A DNA stretch of 32,459 nt from Oscillospiraceae bacterium (lineage in GTDB: Bacteria > Bacillota > Clostridia > Oscillospirales > Ruminococcaceae), in the NCBI GenBank assembly GCA_009782665.1, contig WRIP01000001.1, positions 1 to 32,459 of the forward strand. The letters run 5' to 3'. Of this stretch, positions 10,352 through 20,537 are shown one piece after another. The translations under genes were made by a program, and so were the position numbers. The notes below the pieces were generated by a model, which saw only the letters and a program-made list of their open reading frames with translations, searched no databases and had not been told where the DNA came from. Position 1 is the stretch's first letter; every line of letters begins with the position of its first letter.

Positions 10352-11008
10352 TCATTGAATAGCGGCATGTCTTAACTTCTCTATTGCCGCCATATAGTTA
10401 TCTGTTTTAAAAATACTGCTGCCTGCCACCAGCATATTGGCACCGTGAGCAATAGCGATTGCTGCTGTCGTCATATTGATCCCACCGTCGACCTCGATAA
10501 GCAGATTCAATCCTCTCTCGGTTGCTTGCTGCTTAATGAAGGTGATGGTCCTGGTCGTCTGAGGTAGAAAGGTTTGACCTCCAAACCCTGGTTCCACCGT
10601 CATTACCAATACCAAATCTATCAGTTCAAGATAGTCAACTATCTCAAGCGGAGAGGTAGATGGCTTAATAGATATCCCCACCATGATACCGCAAGCCCTT
10701 ATCCGCTCAATGGTTTTTATCACATCTGATCTAGACTCTAGATGAAAGGTCAGGATATCCGCTCCGACATCGGCAAACGCATCGATATATTCTATGGGAT
10801 CCGAGATCATCAGATGTACATCGTATTTAGCGGTTATATGGCTTGACAATGATTCGAGTACCGGTATTCCGAAAGATATATTCTTTACGAACTGTCCGTC
10901 CATCACATCAAAGTGAAGAAAGTCGGCACCGGCCTGTATGACCAAGTCCGCCTCTTCACCGAGTCTGCTGCAATCTGCTGCAAGTAATGAAGGTGCAATA
11001 TATATCAT
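10352..11008 (-). CDS. rpe: Ribulose-phosphate 3-epimerase
   Basis: 218 aa. IAPSLLAADCSRLGEE...GADFLHFDVMDGQFVKNISFG...HLM...MTVEPGFGGQTF...VDGGIN are canonical Rpe motifs. Confidence 0.93.
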   Translation of the reverse strand: MIYIAPSLLAADCSRLGEEADLVIQAGADFLHFDVMDGQFVKNISFGIPVLESLSSHITAKYDVHLMISDPIEYIDAFADVGADILTFHLESRSDVIKTIERIRACGIMVGISIKPSTSPLEIVDYLELIDLVLVMTVEPGFGGQTFLPQTTRTITFIKQQATERGLNLLIEVDGGINMTTAAIAIAHGANMLVAGSSIFKTDNYMAAIEKLRHAAIQ

Positions 11009-11132
11009 CTGTCATCCTTACCGATGTTATAAAAATACTGCTCAAGCAGCTATATCTACTGTGTGAGTAATGTCTAGACTATATCAAAATTGTTGAGCTA
11101 AGGCAATAACGAAACGACTGAGCAAGATACTT

Positions 11133-12302
11133 CTAGTGTAGATATAGTCCAGTATCTTCGATGAGCTCCAGCTCAAATTCGATATATCTGTCCTCTATAG
11201 GACGATATATCTGTACAACCACCGTTTCGGTATACTGCGATAATAGTTGCTCAAATAACTCTACCGAATCGACTGATTCTTCCGATACTGATAGAATAAT
11301 ATCTCCGATCATCAAACTCTCCTCCGGTTGTCGGTTTAATGCAGGTAGATCTGCAACATACAAACCGACAGGCCATTGTTTGGGACGAGAGACAACCTCG
11401 CTTATTGACTCAACGAATAATCCTAATGTATATCGATCGTTGACATATCCGTGTTTGATGATGTCATCAATGATACCTCTGGCATCATCGACCGATAAGG
11501 CATAGAGCATATTCAACGAATCATCGGCAACAGCGCATCTGAACCCAACTATCTGCCCCAGATAGTTGACGATAACCCCTCCACTACATCGATCGGACAC
11601 AACTCTATCGGTTGCGGTGAGTTTCAAATAGGAATACCCGGCTTCAGTCATGATATATCGACCCTCTGAAGCACCTAGTAATCCCTGAGAAATATTCGGG
11701 ATCTCTCGTTGTCCCAACCCGATATACAAGCATCCATCACCCTCCTTCATACCACCACTGCCAAAGGAAGCCGTTCTGAGATTTTGTCCGTCGATTCGAA
11801 GGACACAGAGATCCGTCTTGAGATCATACCCGATAACGGTAGCCATGTATTTCCTACCGTCATAGAGTTCCACCTCTATGATACTCTCATCTCGGATCAC
11901 ATCGACCGAGGTGATGATATATCCCGACTCATCCATCACCACACCAAAACAGGTGACATCAGCTATGGGGAGACCTCCCTGATTGTATGTTTTTACCTTA
12001 ACAGATGCTAGCAGCACGGTGCGTGAGATATCCTGTATCATATGGTCGTTTACCGGTGAATAACTGTATTCATTGTCGACAGGTGCTTCCCTCACCAATA
12101 GCGTTCCTAGCACATAGTCGTCCGGAAGGCTTCTACTGCCGATACCTCGCCCGTCGATGAACTGTTTGAGCAACGAGCCCATCACCACAACCGCACCGGT
12201 CAGCAGCACTAACAACATCAGACCGAATCCTAGTATTGCAAAATTCAGACTTCTGCGACCCATTGTTCCCTCATCGGTTTTTTGATCTTTTATATCGTCC
12301 AT
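11133..12302 (-). CDS. Membrane-anchored HtrA/S1C-like trypsin-fold protein with a C-terminal PDZ-like region; the catalytic His appears to be absent
   Basis: An N-terminal TM (LNFAILGFGLMLLVLLTGAVVV), then a protease-like core: GYIITSVDVI...DLKTDLCVLRI...DRCSGGVIVNYLGQIVGF. The start is ambiguous. The ATG at 12302 lies 1 nt after the kinase stop; a GTG at 12332 would overlap the kinase by 29 nt and has no SD. Confidence 0.75.
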   Translation of the reverse strand: MDDIKDQKTDEGTMGRRSLNFAILGFGLMLLVLLTGAVVVMGSLLKQFIDGRGIGSRSLPDDYVLGTLLVREAPVDNEYSYSPVNDHMIQDISRTVLLASVKVKTYNQGGLPIADVTCFGVVMDESGYIITSVDVIRDESIIEVELYDGRKYMATVIGYDLKTDLCVLRIDGQNLRTASFGSGGMKEGDGCLYIGLGQREIPNISQGLLGASEGRYIMTEAGYSYLKLTATDRVVSDRCSGGVIVNYLGQIVGFRCAVADDSLNMLYALSVDDARGIIDDIIKHGYVNDRYTLGLFVESISEVVSRPKQWPVGLYVADLPALNRQPEESLMIGDIILSVSEESVDSVELFEQLLSQYTETVVVQIYRPIEDRYIEFELELIEDTGLYLH

Positions 12303-12303
12303 A

Positions 12304-13836
12304 CTAACGTCTGCTTCCTTTTCTAATTCCACGCGATATTCTTCGCATTAGGCTTACCTTTTGTTGATTTAGTTCCTCTACTGTTCGCTCTTGTGTTTGG
12401 TAGGATTGTGACGTTCCGTTCTTAAAAATCACGGTGAACTTTGTAAGTCCGTCAGGTTCACTTTGTACCGTTATACTGCCGTCCATCTTCTCGACCAACG
12501 TCTTGGTTATATATAGACCTAACCCTGAACCACCGGTATCCAAACTCCTAGAAGAATCTAGTTTATAGAATCGGTCAAAAACCTTCTCCAGCTGATCCTT
12601 CGGTATTCCCGAACCGGTATTGCCGATGACAATTTCGGTGGTATCGGCTTTCTTAAACATTTCCACCGATATCATGCCGCCTTCGTTGGTGTACTTCACC
12701 GCATTATCCAGTAGATTATATATGACCTGATGCAGCATATCTTGATCACATTGTATAAACCTGGCATCGACATCCAACTCCTTGATCTCGATTCGTTTTT
12801 CTGCGATACGTTGTTCCATGTTCCACATAATGTCGAGTACAGTATCCCAAGCATTGTGGTTTGTAATGTTCATCTCCTGCTGTTCGGCTTCTAATCGAGC
12901 CACAATGAGCAGAGAGGAGGTGAGTCGTGCGAGTCGTTTCACCTCTTCCGATATGATGTACAGGTAGTGACTTTGTTCCTTCTGCGGTATCGTTCCATCC
13001 AGTATTGCATCGATATATCCGGCAATGGTAGTCATTGGGGTCCTAAGCTCATGTGACGCTGCCTCAACGAAATTGCGGCGTACATTCTCAAGTTCTGATA
13101 CCGAATATGCCATGTTGTTGAATACCTCTGCTAGCATTCCAATTTCATCACCTGCTACCGGTACTTTAACCCGAACCGAGAAGTCTCCAGCACCGAATTT
13201 ACGGGCAGCTTCCGAGATTTCATTGAGTGGTTTGGTCAGCATTCGGGTAGCGTAAAATACGATGATGAATGATAACCCGAATGCGGATGCGGACGAAAAC
13301 AGAAACATCATAATAATCTGATAGAGGAAATCAAACAGTTCCTCCAGCGATTTCGAGATGAAGAGATATCCGCGTATGGTTCCGTCCATCACAACCGGAC
13401 ACCCGTAGGTATAACTGCTCTCGGTGGTAAACACCTCCATATATCCTACCGAAAAGAATTCTCCTTGATTTAGTATAGTTTCGCGTATGACAGAGGGGAT
13501 GGATAGGCTCAGGTGTGAACACATACCACCCTCACTGCAGACCTCAATTCGACCGTCGATATCACAGAACAGTACCGATACGCCCGTAGTACGGTGTATC
13601 AATTCGAATTCTTTCTCGAGTTCGTTTCGGGTTAGAAATCCTTTGTTCCGATCGTAGTTGCTTACCGTTACCTCTATTCCTTTGGATGCCACATTCATCA
13701 GCTGTCTGCGGTTGTCATCCCGAAAATACTGTGTCGCAAAGAACAGTAATACCACACCCAGCATAAAGATACAGATAAGCATAGTTACTGCATAAATGGA
13801 AAAGTATTTTCTGAACAGACTCTTGGGTTCTCTCAT
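12304..13836 (-). CDS. Sensor histidine kinase (2 TM, extracytoplasmic sensor, HAMP, HisKA, HATPase_c)
   Basis: 510 aa. The H-box is FVEAASHELRTPMTTIAGY, the N-box LLDNAVKYT, and the G-boxes GNTGSGIP and GGSGLGLYITK. A HAMP-like LTKPLNEISEAARKFGAGDFSVRV follows TM2. Confidence 0.92.
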   Translation of the reverse strand: MREPKSLFRKYFSIYAVTMLICIFMLGVVLLFFATQYFRDDNRRQLMNVASKGIEVTVSNYDRNKGFLTRNELEKEFELIHRTTGVSVLFCDIDGRIEVCSEGGMCSHLSLSIPSVIRETILNQGEFFSVGYMEVFTTESSYTYGCPVVMDGTIRGYLFISKSLEELFDFLYQIIMMFLFSSASAFGLSFIIVFYATRMLTKPLNEISEAARKFGAGDFSVRVKVPVAGDEIGMLAEVFNNMAYSVSELENVRRNFVEAASHELRTPMTTIAGYIDAILDGTIPQKEQSHYLYIISEEVKRLARLTSSLLIVARLEAEQQEMNITNHNAWDTVLDIMWNMEQRIAEKRIEIKELDVDARFIQCDQDMLHQVIYNLLDNAVKYTNEGGMISVEMFKKADTTEIVIGNTGSGIPKDQLEKVFDRFYKLDSSRSLDTGGSGLGLYITKTLVEKMDGSITVQSEPDGLTKFTVIFKNGTSQSYQTQERTVEELNQQKVSLMRRISRGIRKGSRR

Positions 13837-13844
13837 AGTGGTAT

Positions 13845-14519
13845 CTACTTCAGCTCAAACTTATAGCCTACACCCCATACGGTTTTAAGGGACCATTGGT
13901 CAGATACATTCTCAAGTTTCTCCCGTAACCGCTTAATATGCACATCCACCGTTCGACTATCGCCGTAGTACTCAAATCCCCAGACTTCATCCAACAGTTG
14001 ATCACGGGTGTATACCCGGTTGGGATTCTTAGCGAGATGATATAGCAGCTCTAGTTCTCTAGGGGGTGTTTCAATAATGATTCCGTCCACCTTTAGTTCA
14101 TAGTTGGTGATATTAACCGACAGTTTATCATAGTTGACTACCCCGCTGTCTTCGATCACCGAGCGTCTCAACACCGCTCTGACCCTTGCGATGACCTCTT
14201 TCATATTGTACGGCTTAACAATATAGTCATCCGCGCCGAGTTCAAGTCCCATTACCTTGTCGAAAGTTTCGCCTTTAGCCGTTATCATGATTATCGGTAG
14301 ATTACTGCGTTCGCGCATGAGACGGCAGACTTCCCAACCATCCATGTTGGGCATCATAATGTCCAGTAGGACCATGTCCGGTTGTTCGGTTTTGAACAAC
14401 TCAACTGCCTGTAGTCCGTTGAAGGCCATAATGACGGTATATCCTTCCTTCTCCAGATATAGTCGCAACAGTTCACAGATATTCTTTTCATCATCAACCA
14501 CAAGAATTTTTGTATTCAC
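13845..14519 (-). CDS. OmpR/PhoB-family response regulator
   Basis: 224 aa. The receiver has ILVVDDE...DMVLLDIMMP...ITAKG, and the winged-helix output has ...TRDQLLDEVWG...RTVDVHIKRLREKL...IKTVWGVGYKF. GTG start with AAGGAGG 7 nt upstream. Confidence 0.95.
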   Translation of the reverse strand: MNTKILVVDDEKNICELLRLYLEKEGYTVIMAFNGLQAVELFKTEQPDMVLLDIMMPNMDGWEVCRLMRERSNLPIIMITAKGETFDKVMGLELGADDYIVKPYNMKEVIARVRAVLRRSVIEDSGVVNYDKLSVNITNYELKVDGIIIETPPRELELLYHLAKNPNRVYTRDQLLDEVWGFEYYGDSRTVDVHIKRLREKLENVSDQWSLKTVWGVGYKFELK

Positions 14520-14630
14520 GTAAAGTCCTCCTTATCGGTTTCTTCAGCTATGTCTTCTATCTGACTCAGTATATATCTAATTCATGTACAAATCGTTAAC
14601 TGACCATAAGCTGTGTTCATAATTCCGAGA

Positions 14631-14659
14631 TTGAACTATACTCTCGTTTCCCTTATTAT
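14631..14659 (+). promoter_or_regulatory. Candidate sigma-A promoter for ychF
   Basis: TTGAAC (14631..14636), a 17-nt spacer, then TATTAT (14654..14659), about 60 nt upstream of the ychF ATG. Sequence match only. Confidence 0.35.
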
Positions 14660-14721
14660 ATAGTAACGGGCATAACAATAGTAGAATCATATACCATTTA
14701 TGATAGAGGGAAGGATAAAAG

Positions 14722-15807
14722 ATGAAGATAGGTATTGTGGGATTGCCTAATACCGGAAAAACTACACTGTTTAATGCGTTGACCGGCTCGGGTGCGATCG
14801 CGGCAGACTATCCCTACAGCACCATCGAACCCAATATTGCGACGGTAGATGTACCCGATCCCAGGTTAGATTTTCTGGCTCAACTCTACTCTCCCAAGAA
14901 AATCACCCCTGCGACTATAGAGTTCGTGGATATTGCAGGATTACCTAGAGGTGCCTCCAAGGGGGAGGGTTTAGGCAATCGATTTCTTTCATATATTCGG
15001 GAAGTTGATGCGGTGTTACATGTCGTCAGGTGTTTTGAGAATACCGAGCAGATACCCTGTGATCCGCTAGGAGACATAGAGATTGTCGAGATGGAGCTAA
15101 TTTTAGCAGATATTGAGATTGTAGAGCGACGATATCTCAAGCAGGAAAAGGTTTCCAAGACCGACCGTTCTCTCATACCGGAGGTGAATTTCCTAGCACG
15201 ACTGCTTCAGCTTCTAGCGGACGGCAAAACCGCAAGAGAGCTTACTGTCGTTTCCGAGATGGAAGCAGCTATTCTCAAAGAGATGCCACTGTTATCGACA
15301 AAGCCCATCATATATGTGGCTAACATATCGGATGATATCTACTGGAACGGTGAACCAGGTGAAGGTGTGTATGTTAAGCAGATTGAAAGGTATGCCGCTT
15401 CACAAAAAGCTGAGGTCATCGAGATCTCTGCGTTGGTTGAACAGGAATTCGTTCAGCTCGGTGAAACCGAACGAGAAGAATTCCTCAAAGAAATCGGACG
15501 TCAAAGAGGTCTGGACCGACTCATACGACAGAGCTATGGGTTGCTCAAACTCATCTCCTTTCTCACTGCAGGCAGTCCCGAAGTGCGTGCCTGGACCATA
15601 ACCGAAGGGACTAAAGCCAGAGAAGCTGCCGGAAAGATACATTCGGATCTCGCCAGAGGATTCATACGTGCCGAGATAGTGGCGTTCGAGCATCTCAAAG
15701 AATGCGGGAATATGGCAGCAGCCAAAGAAAAGGGGCTGGTTCGCATCGAGGGTAGAGATTATATCATGAAAGACGGCGATGTCACACTGATTAGATTTAA
15801 TGTCTAA
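14722..15807 (+). CDS. ychF: Redox-regulated ribosome-binding ATPase YchF
   Basis: 361 aa. MKIGIVGLPNTGKSTLFNALT-type P-loop (here GLPNTGKTTLFNALTG), ...EFVDIAGL..GAS.GEGLGN.FL, and a C-terminal TGS-like ...AWTI..G..A..AAG.IHSD...GFIRAE. Confidence 0.96.
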   Translation: MKIGIVGLPNTGKTTLFNALTGSGAIAADYPYSTIEPNIATVDVPDPRLDFLAQLYSPKKITPATIEFVDIAGLPRGASKGEGLGNRFLSYIREVDAVLHVVRCFENTEQIPCDPLGDIEIVEMELILADIEIVERRYLKQEKVSKTDRSLIPEVNFLARLLQLLADGKTARELTVVSEMEAAILKEMPLLSTKPIIYVANISDDIYWNGEPGEGVYVKQIERYAASQKAEVIEISALVEQEFVQLGETEREEFLKEIGRQRGLDRLIRQSYGLLKLISFLTAGSPEVRAWTITEGTKAREAAGKIHSDLARGFIRAEIVAFEHLKECGNMAAAKEKGLVRIEGRDYIMKDGDVTLIRFNV

Positions 15808-15824
15808 CCAAGAAAGGTAGATAG

Positions 15825-16502
15825 ATGAGAATAGGGATTATATGTGCATTGGAAGAGGAGATATCATTGCTTCGTGACTTCTTTGTATACGAGGACATGC
15901 ATCACTGCGGAAGTATTGAGGTAACCGAGAGCTCAATGTTCGACAATCGACTGTTTCTGACGGTGAGCGGTGTAGGAAAAGCCTGCGCGGCCGCAGCCGC
16001 TCAGGCTCTCATCTCGGAGTTAAAGTGCGATATTATTCTAAACACGGGTTTAGCCGGTAGCTGTAGCTATTCGCTGGTACCCGGAAGCGTGATACTAGTA
16101 TCCTCAAGCTGCTATCACGATTTTCATGCTGCCGGGTTCTCTGGTCTAGATAACAATACGGTTTTCTATTCTGACAACCGTTTAAATGCCAAAGCCAAAG
16201 AGGTGTTTAAATCTGAACGTTTTGATTATGTTACCGGCAAGGTGGCAACCGGTGATATGTTTGTGTCTTCCGGCTCGCAAAAAGATGATATTAAGAATCG
16301 AACCGATTGTCTATGTGTAGATATGGAGCTGGCTGCTATTGCTCACATTGCATATCTAAACAATGTACCCTATCTCTCGTTGAAGATAATCTCGGACAAT
16401 GCCGATGAAACAGCACTCTCGGATTTTGTCTTTAATCTTGAACGATATGCAGCCTACTGCTCTCATTTCATATATACCCTGATAAAGGACATATCCTATT
16501 GA
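15825..16502 (+). CDS. mtnN: 5'-methylthioadenosine/S-adenosylhomocysteine nucleosidase
   Basis: 225 aa. MRIGIICALEEEI...SGVGKACAA...NTGLAGS...ATGDMFV...VDMELAAIAH...LKIISDNADE matches the Pfs/MtnN pattern. Confidence 0.88.
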   Translation: MRIGIICALEEEISLLRDFFVYEDMHHCGSIEVTESSMFDNRLFLTVSGVGKACAAAAAQALISELKCDIILNTGLAGSCSYSLVPGSVILVSSSCYHDFHAAGFSGLDNNTVFYSDNRLNAKAKEVFKSERFDYVTGKVATGDMFVSSGSQKDDIKNRTDCLCVDMELAAIAHIAYLNNVPYLSLKIISDNADETALSDFVFNLERYAAYCSHFIYTLIKDISY

Positions 16503-16553
16503 TCGAGATAGAAACCTAGATTGCGATTTTATCTTGCGGTAATAGGGATTGGA

Positions 16554-17597
16554 TCATTCCTGGTATGCTTCAACTACACATACGGGCGACGGTATTTCTA
16601 TTGAAGCCACTAGATCACCAATTGCACCGGTATCGGTATTGCGTTCGGCTACGACTATAAGATTCGAGTCTTGATAGCCAATAACTATGTATCTGTCATC
16701 CTTTGAGATGGTGAAACTACGGGGAGTTAAGGCAAACCCTTCGCGGTATTCCGAAAGAGACAACTTTCCGTCTTTGGCAACCGCATATATCGCAATTCCG
16801 TCCCAACCTCGATTGCTAGCATATAGAAACCTGCCATCACCCGATAGACAAACTTCTGCCGAGAGACTCGGCTTACTGTACCCGGGCGGTGTGATAGATA
16901 GGCTATCCTCCCGGTCTAGTCTGCCGGTATCGGGATCGTAGCTGAAGGTGATGATATTACTGAGTAGTTCGGTCAGTAGATAGACTTTGTCAGCTTTTTG
17001 ATTAAAGCATAGATGTCTCGGACCTTCACCCGCTCTCGTATATACCTCAGGGTTAATCTCGTTAGGTTTTATCTGTCCTTCACCCAGTATATCGTAAACC
17101 ATGATCTTATCGGTCCCCAGATCTGCAACCAAGAGATGTTTCTCGTTAGGACTGATATTAACCGAATGAGCATGTGGTACCGATTGCCGGTGTTGGTTAG
17201 GTCCGCATCCACTATATGTTTCTACCTGAATCAATTCGGTCTGTTCATGGTCATAACCCCGCTTAAATGCCAGTATATCTCCGCTGTTGTAGTTGGCAAT
17301 ATACATGGATTTTGTGTCGGTCGCTAAGATTATATGACAGCTGCCGGCACCTGTGGTACGAAATACCTGTTGCTGTTCCAGTGACAGATCATCTCGCAAC
17401 AGATATCGAGTGTATCCGGCTTGGCTTCCCATCTCATTGACGGCATAAAGAGAGGTTGAATCAACTGCCAAAAAAGATGGATTTTCGGTCATGACACTGT
17501 TTCGTATCTCAAGGTTTTGGTCTTTCTCATCAAACTGCAACACATATATTCCTTTGCTGTTTGTCTCCTTTGTATAGGTCCCGGCGAAAATTATCAC
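16554..17597 (-). CDS. pgl: Lactonase-family 7-bladed beta-propeller protein (Pgl/YbhE-type 6-phosphogluconolactonase)
   Basis: 347 aa. ...GIYVLQFD...NPSFLAV...LYAVNE...GSCHI...PHAHSV..SPN.K.L.VADLG.D.I.VY...GPRH..F.... is typical of the family. GTG start with GGGAGG 8 nt upstream, 23 nt downstream of lepA. Confidence 0.78.
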   Translation of the reverse strand: MIIFAGTYTKETNSKGIYVLQFDEKDQNLEIRNSVMTENPSFLAVDSTSLYAVNEMGSQAGYTRYLLRDDLSLEQQQVFRTTGAGSCHIILATDTKSMYIANYNSGDILAFKRGYDHEQTELIQVETYSGCGPNQHRQSVPHAHSVNISPNEKHLLVADLGTDKIMVYDILGEGQIKPNEINPEVYTRAGEGPRHLCFNQKADKVYLLTELLSNIITFSYDPDTGRLDREDSLSITPPGYSKPSLSAEVCLSGDGRFLYASNRGWDGIAIYAVAKDGKLSLSEYREGFALTPRSFTISKDDRYIVIGYQDSNLIVVAERNTDTGAIGDLVASIEIPSPVCVVEAYQE

Positions 17598-17620
17598 AAA
17601 CTATACCTCCCATGTATTCG

Positions 17621-19417
17621 CTAGTTATCGAGTTTCAGCACTGCAGTGAAGGCCTCGGAAGGTATCTCAACTGAACCCAGAGTCCGCATCCGTTTCTTCC
17701 CTTCCTTCTGTTTTTCCAGCAGTTTCTTCTTGCGGGTAATATCACCGCCGTAGCACTTTGCTAGTACATCCTTCCGCAATGCGCGTATTGTCTCTCTGGC
17801 AATAACCTTACCTCCGACCGCGGCTTGTATCGGCACCTCAAACAACTGTCTGGGGATATGCTCCTTTAGTTTTTCTGCCATCCTACGCCCCTTCTTGTAT
17901 GCACTATCTGCAAACACAATCATAGAAAAGGCATCAATGACCTCCCCGTTTATCAGTATATCCAGGCGAACCAAAGAAGACTTCATGTATCCCTTCATCT
18001 CATAATCGTAACTCGCATAACCTCGAGTTCGGCTCTTGAGAGAATCGAAGAAATCATATATGATTTCACCCAGTGGTAGCTCATAGTGCATCTCAACCCG
18101 TTCTCCCTCGAGATACTTCATGTCCAGAAATACCCCTCTGCGTTCGGTGCAGAGTTCCATAATCGTTCCGATATATTCGGTCGGTGTAAAGATAGTGACT
18201 TTAGCATAGGGTTCTTCCGTCTTAGCTATCGTTGACACATTCGGGTAGTTTGTGGGATTGCTGATATATATTTCCTGATTGTCGGTCTTGGTAATTCGAT
18301 AAGACACACTCGGTGCGGTGGTTATGAGGTCGAGGTCAAACTCCCTTTCCAGTCGTTCGATAACAATCTCAAGATGCAGCAACCCTAAAAATCCGCAACG
18401 GAATCCGAATCCGAGTGCCATCGATGTTTCCGGTTCATAGGATAAAGAAGCATCGTTGAGAATGAGTTTAGCAATAGCATCCCTCAGTGCTTCGTAATCT
18501 GCTCCATCGGCGGGATAGATACCGCAGAACACCATCGGAATAGCATCGCGATAGCCTTGAAGCGGTTGCTCTGCAGGATTTGACAGCAAGGTCACAGTAT
18601 CCCCAACTTTGGTATCACGGACGTTCTTGATAGACGCAGTGAAGTATCCGACCTCACCGGCCAAGAGCATATCACAAGGTTCCAATGAGTCGGCTCTCAT
18701 ATGTCCGACCTCTACCACTAGAAACTGTGAACCTGTCTGCATGAACTTTATGGTATCTCCCGTTTTGAGTTGTCCGTCAAACAGCCGTACATTGACAATC
18801 ACCCCACGATAGGAATCATATATACTGTCAAAGATGAGTGCACGAAGCGGGCTATCTACATCTCCCTTCGGAGCCGGGATATCGGTGATAACCCTCTCTA
18901 ACACCTCTTCGATATTGGTACCCAGTTTAGCGGAGATTCTCGGAGCATCCAGTGCAGGTATCCCGATATCATCCTCTATCTCCTGTGCGACTCGGTCGGG
19001 TTCAGCAGAAACGAGATCTATTTTATTGATGACCGGCAGTATCTCAAGGTCATGTGAGATAGCCAAATACGCATTTGCCAGTGTCTGTGCTTCCACCCCC
19101 TGTGTGGCATCGATGACCAGTATTGCTCCCTCACAGGCTGCAAGCGACCTTGAAACCTCATAACCGAAATCCACATGTCCCGGTGTATCGATGAGATTTA
19201 AGATATATGTCTTACCGTTTTGCGACAGATACTCAAGGGTAACCGCACGCGCCTTAATGGTTATGCCGCGTTCCTGCTCAATCTCCATGTTGTCAAGAAA
19301 CTGACTCTGCATCTCTCGGGCATCCACCGCTCCGGTAATCTCGAGAATTCGATCGGCCAACGTCGATTTACCGTGATCTATATGTGCAATAATACAAAAG
19401 TTTCGATATTCTTCCAT
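17621..19417 (-). CDS. lepA: Translation elongation factor 4 (LepA)
   Basis: 598 aa. [20 protein letters not shown]-type G1 (here [23 protein letters not shown]), [13 protein letters not shown], and the LepA-specific C-terminal domain ...[21 protein letters not shown]. Confidence 0.98.
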   Translation of the reverse strand: MEEYRNFCIIAHIDHGKSTLADRILEITGAVDAREMQSQFLDNMEIEQERGITIKARAVTLEYLSQNGKTYILNLIDTPGHVDFGYEVSRSLAACEGAILVIDATQGVEAQTLANAYLAISHDLEILPVINKIDLVSAEPDRVAQEIEDDIGIPALDAPRISAKLGTNIEEVLERVITDIPAPKGDVDSPLRALIFDSIYDSYRGVIVNVRLFDGQLKTGDTIKFMQTGSQFLVVEVGHMRADSLEPCDMLLAGEVGYFTASIKNVRDTKVGDTVTLLSNPAEQPLQGYRDAIPMVFCGIYPADGADYEALRDAIAKLILNDASLSYEPETSMALGFGFRCGFLGLLHLEIVIERLEREFDLDLITTAPSVSYRITKTDNQEIYISNPTNYPNVSTIAKTEEPYAKVTIFTPTEYIGTIMELCTERRGVFLDMKYLEGERVEMHYELPLGEIIYDFFDSLKSRTRGYASYDYEMKGYMKSSLVRLDILINGEVIDAFSMIVFADSAYKKGRRMAEKLKEHIPRQLFEVPIQAAVGGKVIARETIRALRKDVLAKCYGGDITRKKKLLEKQKEGKKRMRTLGSVEIPSEAFTAVLKLDN

Positions 19418-19510
19418 CGCTTTTTCCTTATGTTATTTTTCAGATTATATCATATTCGGTTGTACCGCTTCCACAAGGCATCCCGGATATTTCATACCGA
19501 GGAGTAATCA

Positions 19511-20122
19511 ATGAAACAGTTCCCCTCTAAACGCAACATCGTATATCTTCAGGATAACCATGTCCATAAACAGCATACCGTTATTTCAACACTTGAAACC
19601 GAACGGGTGTTTCTACATCAGCTCAAGGAAAATGGTGTTAAGGTCCCGATGATTCTAGATATCTGCAGTAATACCTTAGTTACCGAGTATATTACCGGGC
19701 AGACTATCCCGGATTTCTTAGAGCAGTCGGTCACAGCAACCGACTGTAATGCGGTTGCAGAGAATCTCATTTGCTGGCTGAAACACTTCTATTGCGCGGT
19801 AGCGTACACTTCAACCCATGAGATACGCGGTGATATAAACGGCAGAAACTTCATCATTACTTCAGACCTTGAGATATATGGTGTTGACTTTGAAAACCAC
19901 GAGTACGGCAGCATAGAAGAGGATCTCGGGCGTTTGCTGGCATATATCGATAGCTACTACCTGGAAGATAACTCGGCAGCAGTTATGCTTCATTCAAGTG
20001 TTTTAGAGCACGCTATTTCGACTTTTGCGGTTGACATCGATGATATTATGTCAGCTAAACAGACCGAGCTAGCAGCTATGCAGCAACGACGGAGTGACCG
20101 AATTAGTCGGGAAGAACTCTGA
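19511..20122 (+). CDS. Hypothetical protein with a minimal protein-kinase-like fold suspected (APH/Bud32/RIO-like)
   Basis: 203 aa, with GAGGAG RBS 6 nt upstream. A hinge-like LVTEYITGQTI, a catalytic-loop-like RGDINGRNFII (compare HGDxxxxN) and YGVDFE (DFG-equivalent). No Gly-rich loop is seen. The function is inferred from motifs only. Confidence 0.6.
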   Translation: MKQFPSKRNIVYLQDNHVHKQHTVISTLETERVFLHQLKENGVKVPMILDICSNTLVTEYITGQTIPDFLEQSVTATDCNAVAENLICWLKHFYCAVAYTSTHEIRGDINGRNFIITSDLEIYGVDFENHEYGSIEEDLGRLLAYIDSYYLEDNSAAVMLHSSVLEHAISTFAVDIDDIMSAKQTELAAMQQRRSDRISREEL

Positions 20123-20537
20123 CAATATCACCGATTCTTATAGTCGTTCCCACCTCTACCGACAGAAAAACGACAGACTCGGAGAGCATACAATACCGGT
20201 TGGTGGAATGAAGTATGCATTCATCAAAGCAAGGCTTGTTCGCAGTCACCGTGAGAATCCCCTCCCCGATTGCCACTCTGTTGCCGACGGCAAGTTTTAC
20301 GACTTCGGGAGTATCGACCAGTATATTCTCGTCAAACCGCATAAAACACAATCCTTTATCTGTTTGCTGTTCCATCCAATCTCTCGCCTGTTTGGTACAG
20401 AGACATACCTGTTTGCTGCCTCCTTGAATATGATTACCCTCAATACCGACTCCTTCAATCAACCGCATTTCATCCAGCTGTTCGGTAGCCTCTCCTCTTA
20501 CCTTAGCTCGTTTCAATCTAACAGCTTTTGAATCCAT
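20103..20537 (-). CDS. Small MOSC-domain protein
   Basis: 144 aa, with AGGAGG RBS. ...LIEGVGIEGN...QVCL......GENI.V.....L..G.R..IG...L.VT....PC... is the pattern of stand-alone clostridial MOSC proteins. Chosen over the antisense ORF 20094..20531. Confidence 0.75.
   Translation of the reverse strand: MDSKAVRLKRAKVRGEATEQLDEMRLIEGVGIEGNHIQGGSKQVCLCTKQARDWMEQQTDKGLCFMRFDENILVDTPEVVKLAVGNRVAIGEGILTVTANKPCFDECILHSTNRYCMLSESVVFLSVEVGTTIRIGDIVRVLPD

Noticed and set aside
13331-13522. 63-aa minus-strand ORF nested in the histidine kinase gene in another frame, plus the plus-strand ORFs 12782-13255 and 14257-14523
   Set aside because: They lie inside or antisense to well-supported two-component genes. 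They have no SD and no motifs.
20094-20531. 145-aa plus-strand ORF almost exactly antisense to the MOSC gene
   Set aside because: The minus-strand ORF has an AGGAGG SD and MOSC-like motifs. The plus ORF has no SD and would overlap the end of the upstream gene.
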